DNA from: Acholeplasmatales bacterium
Lineage (GTDB): Bacteria > Bacillota_I > Bacilli_A > ML615J-28 > CAG-313
Reading direction: 5' to 3'
Assembly: GCA_003539625.1 (NCBI GenBank)
Contig: DPOU01000008.1
Span: 26,041-90,040, forward strand
Length of the DNA: 64,000 bases
The position numbers were made by a program, and so were the translations under genes. A model generated the notes under the pieces. The model made no database searches, was not told where the DNA came from, and worked only from the letters and a program-made list of their open reading frames with translations. Below, piece by piece: positions 57,833 to 64,000 of the stretch. Each line of letters begins with the position of its first letter. Positions within the stretch are counted from its first letter, which is position 1.

Positions 57833-58927
57833 ATGCAAAAACACAAAATAGATTACAGTATTTTAATCGTAGTATCTATCTTAATAATATTTGGATTATT
57901 AATGGTATATAGTGCTAGTAATGTTGTTGCTTCCTATAAATATGATGATAAAGCATACTTTTTAAAAAGACAATTAATTTTTGCGATTATTGGTTTTTTC
58001 TGTATGATTTTAATGATTCATGTTGATATAAAGAAAATTTATAAATATACTATTTGGATATATTTAACTTCACTAGTATTGTTAATTTTAGTTTTGATAC
58101 CAGGAATTGGTCAAGTAAGAGGTGGCGCAAGAAGTTGGATTGGCATTGGTGCTTTTTCAATTCAGCCATCAGAATTTATGAAGCTAACAAGTATTTTATT
58201 AGTTGCTAAATGTTTAAATATTGAACAAAAAAACATAAAAAAACTATGGCCATTTTGTAGAACTCTTTTAATTATTATTTTTGCTTTTGGACTAATAATG
58301 TTACAACCCGATTTTGGAACTGGTTTAGTATTAGTTTTATCATGTGTGTTATTACTATTTAATGCGGGGGGAAGACTTAAATATTTTTTGATATTAATTG
58401 GAGCAGGATTAGTTGGAATAGTAGTTCTAATTGCAAGTGCTCCATATCGCTTAAATCGTATTTTTGCATTTATCAATCCTTGGAGTGATCCATTAGGTAG
58501 CGGATTTCAAGGTATTCAATCAATGTTTGCTATAGCACCAAGTGGATTATTTGGGTTAGGTTATAACAATAGTATGCAAAAACATTTTTTCTTACCTGAA
58601 CCACAAAATGATTTTGTTTTTGCGATAGTTTGTGAAGAATTTGGTTTAATTGGTGGTGGACTATTAATAGTAGGTTTTTTCTTTTTGATAATTAAGATAT
58701 TAAAAATAGCTATAAGTGTAGATGATAACTACTTAAAACTTCTAGCAATGGGAATAAGTATATCTTTATTTGTCCAAGTATTTATTAATATAGGAGTTGT
58801 AATAGGATTACTACCAGTAACAGGAATTACTCTTCCCATAATATCTTACGGGGGATCAAGTTTGGTACTTACCCTAATGTTTTTAGGCCTTGCTTTAAAT
58901 ATTAGCCAGTATACTGAGGAGTACTAA
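57833..58927 (+). CDS. ftsW: SEDS-family peptidoglycan glycosyltransferase (FtsW/RodA/SpoVE)
   Basis: About 364 aa. PSEFMK, QPDFGT and LPVTGITLPIISYGGSS blocks. Confidence 0.85.
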   Translation: MQKHKIDYSILIVVSILIIFGLLMVYSASNVVASYKYDDKAYFLKRQLIFAIIGFFCMILMIHVDIKKIYKYTIWIYLTSLVLLILVLIPGIGQVRGGARSWIGIGAFSIQPSEFMKLTSILLVAKCLNIEQKNIKKLWPFCRTLLIIIFAFGLIMLQPDFGTGLVLVLSCVLLLFNAGGRLKYFLILIGAGLVGIVVLIASAPYRLNRIFAFINPWSDPLGSGFQGIQSMFAIAPSGLFGLGYNNSMQKHFFLPEPQNDFVFAIVCEEFGLIGGGLLIVGFFFLIIKILKIAISVDDNYLKLLAMGISISLFVQVFINIGVVIGLLPVTGITLPIISYGGSSLVLTLMFLGLALNISQYTEEY

Positions 58928-58928
58928 T

Positions 58929-59990
58929 ATGAAGAAAATATTATTTACAGGTGGAGGAACCCTTGGACATATATATCCTGCTATTAGTTTTATAAGAAAA
59001 ATAAAAGAAAAATATCCTAACACATATATTATTTATTTTGCAACTACAAAAGACCAAAAATATAGTGTTTTAAAAGAACCATTAATTGATGAAATTTATT
59101 ACTTTGAAGTTTCAGGCATTCCTACCAATAAATTAAAAATTTTTAAAGCTTTTATTAAAAATGTAAAAGCTTATAATAAAATGCAAAAAATAATAAAACA
59201 AAATGAAATATCACTTTGTATTGGAATGGGTGGTTATATAAGTGGTATAACAATTATGGCATGTAATAGAAATAAAATTCCAGCCGTAATTCATGAACAA
59301 AACAGTAGAATTGGTTTTGCTAATAAACTAGTATTAAATAAAGTAGATAAAATCTTTACATCATTTGAAAATACAATAGTTCCAATAAAATATGAGAGTA
59401 AAATAGAATGCATTGGTAATCCAAGATATGATATAGCTAAAATGGCTCCTCAATCAAAGTATCGTAATAAATATCAAATATTAATTACTTCGGGGAGTTT
59501 AGGCTCAAAAGTAATCAATGATATTGCGATAGGCTTTTTAAATAGTGATTTTTCTAAAAAATTTACGACTACTCTAATAACGGGTTCAAAATATTATGAT
59601 GATGTTATAAAGAATGTATTACCTGGTAACCATTATCAAATAAAACCTTTTTCAGATCAAATGTTAAAAGAAATGGGACTTGCGGGGATAGTAATATCAA
59701 GGGCAGGTTCCACAACACTATTTGAAATATTAGCCCTAAAATGTGCTGCTATTGTAATTCCATCACCCAATGTTACTAATAACCATCAATATTATAATGC
59801 TAAGAGTTTAGAAGAAAAAGGGTTAATCTATATGTTAGAAGAAACCGCATTAAAAGATAACTTAGAGAAAGCTTTAGAAGATATCTTGAAAAAGTATGAT
59901 GAAATAATGATGAATTTAGATAAATATACTTTAAACAATGTATCTGATAGTTTCTTAGAAAAAATAAAATTATATATAGAGGGGGATTAA
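58929..59990 (+). CDS. murG: undecaprenyldiphospho-muramoylpentapeptide beta-N-acetylglucosaminyltransferase
   Basis: 353 aa. GGTLGHIYPA, IHEQN and SRAGSTTLFE blocks. Confidence 0.88.
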   Translation: MKKILFTGGGTLGHIYPAISFIRKIKEKYPNTYIIYFATTKDQKYSVLKEPLIDEIYYFEVSGIPTNKLKIFKAFIKNVKAYNKMQKIIKQNEISLCIGMGGYISGITIMACNRNKIPAVIHEQNSRIGFANKLVLNKVDKIFTSFENTIVPIKYESKIECIGNPRYDIAKMAPQSKYRNKYQILITSGSLGSKVINDIAIGFLNSDFSKKFTTTLITGSKYYDDVIKNVLPGNHYQIKPFSDQMLKEMGLAGIVISRAGSTTLFEILALKCAAIVIPSPNVTNNHQYYNAKSLEEKGLIYMLEETALKDNLEKALEDILKKYDEIMMNLDKYTLNNVSDSFLEKIKLYIEGD

Positions 59991-59995
59991 ATATA

Positions 59996-60898
59996 ATTGA
60001 TTCATTTATAAAATATATTGACACTAATCAACTGGGTACAGTTGAAAAGAATAAAACATTTAAAGAACTTACCACTCTTAAAATTGGTGGGCTAATTAAG
60101 TGTTTATATATACCTAATACTCTTGATGATTTAATAAAAGCTTATAAATATATAATTAAAAATGATTTAAATTTCTTTATTATAGGAAATGGTTCAAATG
60201 TTCTAGCAAGTGATGAAGAATATAATGGAATTGTTATAAAACTCAACAAACTCAATAAAATTACGCAAATAGCAAAAGAATCATTTTTAGTAGATGCGGG
60301 GGCAAACGGAACTAAAGTTTCTTTAGAACTAGCAAAACTAGGCTACACTAATATGGAATTTCTTGCGACAATTCCTGGAACAATTGGGGGATTAGTTTTT
60401 ATGAATGCGGGGGCATATGGACAAGAGATTAAAGATATTGTTCAAGAAGTTACTTTTCTTGATGAATTAGGGAATTTAATTACTAAAAATATTTCAGAAT
60501 TAAATATGCAGTATCGTAGTAGTATATTTAAAGAAAAAAAGACAATCATTACGCAAGTAATGTTAAAACTAAATAAATTATCAAATAATTTATTACCATT
60601 AGAAAAAATTAAAACATACAAACAACTAAGAAAAAATACTCAACCTATTAATAACTATACAGCTGGTTCAACCTTTGAAAATCCAAAAGGCATGAAAGCT
60701 TGGGAGTTAATAGAAAATATGGGATTTAAGGGCTATCAAATAAATGGCGCAATGGTTAGTTATAAACATGCAAATTTCTTAATAAATTATCATAATGCTA
60801 GATACATTGATATGATTAAACTAATAAAAGAAATACAAGAAAAAGCTAAAAATGATTATGACATATCATTAGTATGTGAATGGGTTATTGTTAAATGA
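59996..60898 (+). CDS. murB: UDP-N-acetylenolpyruvoylglucosamine reductase, with a non-canonical start codon
   Basis: The reading frame is open from 59951. The N-terminal FAD domain (TTLKIGG, IIGNGSNVL) lies upstream of the first ATG at 60353. No in-frame ATG, GTG or TTG occurs before that. SD GAGGGGGA at 59979-59986, then ATA (59993) and ATT (59996). Confidence 0.75.
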   Translation: MDSFIKYIDTNQLGTVEKNKTFKELTTLKIGGLIKCLYIPNTLDDLIKAYKYIIKNDLNFFIIGNGSNVLASDEEYNGIVIKLNKLNKITQIAKESFLVDAGANGTKVSLELAKLGYTNMEFLATIPGTIGGLVFMNAGAYGQEIKDIVQEVTFLDELGNLITKNISELNMQYRSSIFKEKKTIITQVMLKLNKLSNNLLPLEKIKTYKQLRKNTQPINNYTAGSTFENPKGMKAWELIENMGFKGYQINGAMVSYKHANFLINYHNARYIDMIKLIKEIQEKAKNDYDISLVCEWVIVK

Positions 60899-60950
60899 TA
60901 GCCCATTCATTTTTAATTAACTTTAATATAATAAAATTGGAGGTAATAAA

Positions 60951-61367
60951 ATGTATAATCACATAAACTTTTTTGACCTAAATAAATTAGGCCAAAATAA
61001 AAATCAATTAGAAAAAACAAATATTGAAATTGTAACACCTATTGAAGCATTATCTAAAGGAAATATGGATAAAAACTTATATAACCAATTTGAAAACTAT
61101 CAACCAGTATTATTAAACAAAAATAATCCTAATGATATGTTGAAAGCTTATAATTTCATGCTAATTGATTTACAACTTTATTTAGATGTTCATCCTGAAG
61201 ATGAAAATGTAAAAGAACTATTCAATGAATATGTTAGAAGATGGCATGAAACAAAAGAAAATGTTCAAAAAATCAATGGACCTTTGTATCTTGCTTCAAC
61301 AGCTGATTCTCAAAATTTAAATTGGGATTGGCAAAAAAAATGGCCTTTTGAGGGGAAGATGAACTAA
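60951..61367 (+). CDS. cotJB: CotJB-family protein with a CotJA-like N-terminal extension
   Basis: 138 aa. CotJB signature LIDLQLYLDVHPEDE. N-terminal PIEALSKGNMDKNLYNQFENY resembles the CotJA motif. Confidence 0.6.
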   Translation: MYNHINFFDLNKLGQNKNQLEKTNIEIVTPIEALSKGNMDKNLYNQFENYQPVLLNKNNPNDMLKAYNFMLIDLQLYLDVHPEDENVKELFNEYVRRWHETKENVQKINGPLYLASTADSQNLNWDWQKKWPFEGKMN

Positions 61368-61924
61368 TGGTAGCTTATTTAAAAATGTTAGAGTATCCTT
61401 TAAACATCACAAAAAAAGACTTAAAAATGGCTAAATTAATTGCAAGCCAATATGGCGGTCCTCAAGGAGAACTTGGTGCCGCAATCCGTTATTTAAATCA
61501 AAGATTAACAATGCCAGATGATTATGGTAGAAGTCTATTAAATGATATAGGAATAGAAGAACTAGCACATATCGAAATGTTACAAACAATGATGATGATG
61601 TTAATGAAAGATGCAACTATTGAAGAAATAAAAGCAGCAGGTTTAGAAAACCATTATACAGAACATGGGAAAGATATCTTCCCTGAAAATGAATCTGGTG
61701 TATCATTTACAACCGATTATATATCTTCAACTGGAGATGTAATCGCAAATATAGTTGAAGATATGGCAGCAGAACAAAAAGCAAGAGCAATTTATGAAAA
61801 TTTAATTAGGTTAACTGATAATGAAGAAGTACTACAACCCCTATTGTTTTTAAGACAACGGGAAATAGTACATTATCAAAGATTTAAAGAATTATTAGAA
61901 CATTACAAAAAAATGGGTTATTAA
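61367..61924 (+). CDS. cotJC: CotJC (manganese-catalase-family spore coat protein)
   Basis: 185 aa. SQYGGPQGELGAAIRYLNQR and EELAHIEM blocks. TAATG overlap with the upstream gene. Confidence 0.8.
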   Translation: MVAYLKMLEYPLNITKKDLKMAKLIASQYGGPQGELGAAIRYLNQRLTMPDDYGRSLLNDIGIEELAHIEMLQTMMMMLMKDATIEEIKAAGLENHYTEHGKDIFPENESGVSFTTDYISSTGDVIANIVEDMAAEQKARAIYENLIRLTDNEEVLQPLLFLRQREIVHYQRFKELLEHYKKMGY

Positions 61925-62033
61925 AAAACACAAGCAATTATCTGTATTTTTAAAAGAAAAAATAGTATAATAAATATGTTATTAGAAATTAGGAATAATA
62001 ACAAATCTATAAGAATATGAGGAAAAGAGATTT

Positions 62034-62501
62034 ATGGCAAAACTTAAAAATGTTAACAAAAATTTAGTTAATGCAATCCTATACATCTTAGTAGGTATCT
62101 TATTCATTATTTTCAAAGGTAGCGTATTAAATTGGTTATTTACAATCGTAGGTATCCTATTTATAGTATTTGGTGTTATTGATGTTTTAAATAAAAATCT
62201 TACATCAGGTGTTGTTAGTATCGCTATTGGTATTGTATTAATTTTAGGCGGATGGTTATTCGTTGAAATCGTGCTAATCGTATTTGGTGTATTAATCGCA
62301 GTTAAAGGTGTAATTGCATTATTAGATGCAGTTAAAGCAAAGAACGTTGCAAATATTTTGGTTGCCGTAGTTACTGTTGCTGTTGGCGTTATGCTAATAA
62401 TCAGTAAATGGGTAATGTTAGACTGGTTCTTTATTGCTTTAGGTGTCATCTTCATCATTAATGGTGCATTAGCATTATTTGGCAAAAAACTAGTTAAATA
62501 A
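62034..62501 (+). CDS. small polytopic membrane protein (DUF308-like)
   Basis: 155 aa. Four or five Gly/Ile/Val-rich TM helices. Confidence 0.5.
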   Translation: MAKLKNVNKNLVNAILYILVGILFIIFKGSVLNWLFTIVGILFIVFGVIDVLNKNLTSGVVSIAIGIVLILGGWLFVEIVLIVFGVLIAVKGVIALLDAVKAKNVANILVAVVTVAVGVMLIISKWVMLDWFFIALGVIFIINGALALFGKKLVK

Positions 62502-62514
62502 GAAAAGAAAAAAG

Positions 62515-62538
62515 ATCCACTTTGAAGTGGATTTTTTT
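62515..62538 (+). terminator. rho-independent terminator
   Basis: Stem ATCCACTT / AAGTGGAT, then TTTTTT. Confidence 0.75.
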
Positions 62539-62726
62539 CTTAATTTATCTTAAAAAAGCAATACTCTTTCCAAACAATTTAACATAATAAAATATACAAT
62601 TTTTTAGTAAAAAAAATATGCAAAATCTTGTTATAAATACATAAAAAATGTTATAATTAAACACGTCTACATTAGAGAAAGTTTTGTAGATAATTTAGAA
62701 TAAAAAAACTAGTGAAGGGAAAAATT

Positions 62727-63983
62727 ATGGCAAAGAAAGAAATTTTAGAAAACAATGAAAACCAATTGACTAAGGAAGAAAAGTATCAACTTGCAAAAGA
62801 ATGCTTTGAAAAAGAAGATTATGAACAAGCAGTAAGTTTTTATGAACAAGCTGCAAAATTAGACTGCGCAGATGCAGAATATGAATTAGCACAATTATAT
62901 CAAGCTGGTGTAGGAGTTGCTAAAGACGAGAAGAAAGCTGCATATTATTTTGAACTTGCAGCAATGTTAGAACACGCAGAAGCACAAAATGCGATTGGAG
63001 ATTGTTTCTATTATGGACAAGGCGTGCCAAGAAACTATAAAAAGGCTGTTTATTGGTATAGACAAGCCGCAAATAAAGGACATGAATATGCACTTGAAAG
63101 TATAGCAAATTGCTATTATCGCGGTGAAGGTGTAGTTCAAAATTATGAACAAGCAATTAAATATTTCACTGAAGCAGCTGAAAAAGGAAGCGTTTGGGCT
63201 AACTACTATTTAGGTGAATGTTATTACTACGCAAAAGGTGTAGAAAAAGATGAAGTAAAAGCTGCTGAATATTATACAAAAGCTGCAGAAGCAGGAAATA
63301 CACTTGCACAATCAAGTTTAGGTGATTGCTATTTCTATGGTAATGGTGTAGCTAAAGATTTTGAACAAGCTGTTAAATACTATACAATGGCTGCAGATTC
63401 AGGAAATGAATGGGCTTTAAATAAATTAGCAAATTGCTATTACTATGGCGATGGTGTAGAACAAGATGAAGCTAAAGCAATTGAATACTTTACTAAATCT
63501 GCAGAAGCAGGTAATAAAAATTCAATGTGCCGTTTAGGTGATTGCTACTACTATGGTAGAGGTGCTGAACAAAACTACGAAAAAGCATTTGAATACTATA
63601 CAATGGCTGCAGAAGCAGGACATAACGTTGCTAAATGTAATTTAGGTAACTGCTATTTTAACGGTTATGGTGTAGAACAAAACTATGAAAAAGCAGTTGA
63701 ATTATATTTACAAGCTGCAGAACAAAATGTTGAAAGTGCATATAACAAATTAGGTGATTGCTATACATATGGTTATGGTGTAGAACAAAACTATGAAAAA
63801 GCAATTGAATGGTATACAAAGGCCGCTGAAAAAGGTAATGCATGGGCCCAAGACAATCTTGGTAGTTTCTATGAATATGGAAAAGGCGTTGAAAAAGATA
63901 TTAACAAAGCAATTGAATGGTATACAAAGGCTGCTTCAAAAGGCAACAAACACGCTAATACACGTCTTTCAAGATTAAAATAA
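62727..63983 (+). CDS. Sel1-like repeat (SLR/TPR) protein
   Basis: About 418 aa from ATG 62727. Roughly 11 tandem ~36-aa units of the form A..YY..AA..G...A...LG.CY..G.GV..[DN]...A..[WY]Y. Confidence 0.85.
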   Translation: MAKKEILENNENQLTKEEKYQLAKECFEKEDYEQAVSFYEQAAKLDCADAEYELAQLYQAGVGVAKDEKKAAYYFELAAMLEHAEAQNAIGDCFYYGQGVPRNYKKAVYWYRQAANKGHEYALESIANCYYRGEGVVQNYEQAIKYFTEAAEKGSVWANYYLGECYYYAKGVEKDEVKAAEYYTKAAEAGNTLAQSSLGDCYFYGNGVAKDFEQAVKYYTMAADSGNEWALNKLANCYYYGDGVEQDEAKAIEYFTKSAEAGNKNSMCRLGDCYYYGRGAEQNYEKAFEYYTMAAEAGHNVAKCNLGNCYFNGYGVEQNYEKAVELYLQAAEQNVESAYNKLGDCYTYGYGVEQNYEKAIEWYTKAAEKGNAWAQDNLGSFYEYGKGVEKDINKAIEWYTKAASKGNKHANTRLSRLK

Positions 63984-64000
63984 TAAATGTTAATAGACTA

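Noticed and set aside
60353-60898. The tracked 181-aa ORF as the full murB.
   Set aside because: It would lack the whole FAD-binding N-terminal domain, which is encoded in-frame upstream. The gene is extended to a non-canonical start near 59993-59996.
61982-62485. 167-aa minus-strand ORF (similar cases at 57373-57732, 58162-58476, 43470-43784, 27761-28105 and 8388-8801).
   Set aside because: Each is the antisense frame of a convincing + strand gene, lacks an SD, and has the biased composition expected from the complementary strand.
63793-63978. 61-aa + strand ORF in an alternative frame of the Sel1 gene (and minus-strand ORFs at 62920-63156 and 63658-63843).
   Set aside because: These are overlapping-frame artefacts of a repetitive gene, with no SD.
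62727-63983. Periodic DNA repeats as a possible CRISPR array or satellite.
   Set aside because: The repeats are in-frame 108-nt Sel1 units within one long ORF. There is no spacer/repeat architecture.

Overview
AT-rich (by eye about 30% G+C, not computed), densely coding chromosomal segment that uses the standard code (TGA is a stop). It looks like a low-GC Firmicute, Bacilli/Erysipelotrichia-like. A cell wall is implied by ftsW-murG-murB, and a cotJ operon is present. Almost every gene is on the + strand.

Housekeeping content: hisS, ttcA, pepF, rmuC, thiT behind a TPP riboswitch, psuG, tdk, tadA, SRP RNA, dnaE, a ROK kinase/phosphoglucomutase/pgi operon, and tgt.

Envelope and accessory content:
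- an orphan processive GT2 synthase
- two lipoprotein peptidoglycan hydrolases (CHAP and amidase_2) that share a Cys-rich N-terminal module
- a thermonuclease lipoprotein
- an ECF sigma / anti-sigma / lipoprotein module with a duplicated 32-bp promoter-like motif
- an InlB-B-repeat SGNH esterase
- two paralogous tail-anchored surface proteins
- a Sel1-repeat protein

The stand-out is a ~14.4-kb, eight-gene + strand locus (42028-56401). It has two divergent SipW-type (ER/archaeal-type) signal peptidases interleaved with proteins carrying TasA/camelysin/BsaA-like N-terminal signals (SGTWAKYTS type) and shared jelly-roll-like signatures. These include a small putative major subunit, a reverse-anchored variant, and a subunit interrupted by four tandem repeats (the last three spaced exactly 91 aa apart). 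The locus ends in a 2,259-aa membrane-anchored GLUG-like beta-helix protein. I read it as an expanded, apparently undescribed SipW-dependent fibre/adhesin assembly system.

An identical 20-bp perfect palindrome (CAAAAAGGTATACCTTTTTG) lies upstream of this locus and again 39 kb away. murB has no canonical start codon. No tRNA, rRNA, CRISPR array, transposase or integrase was seen.

All family assignments come from motif recognition in the translations, not from database searches.
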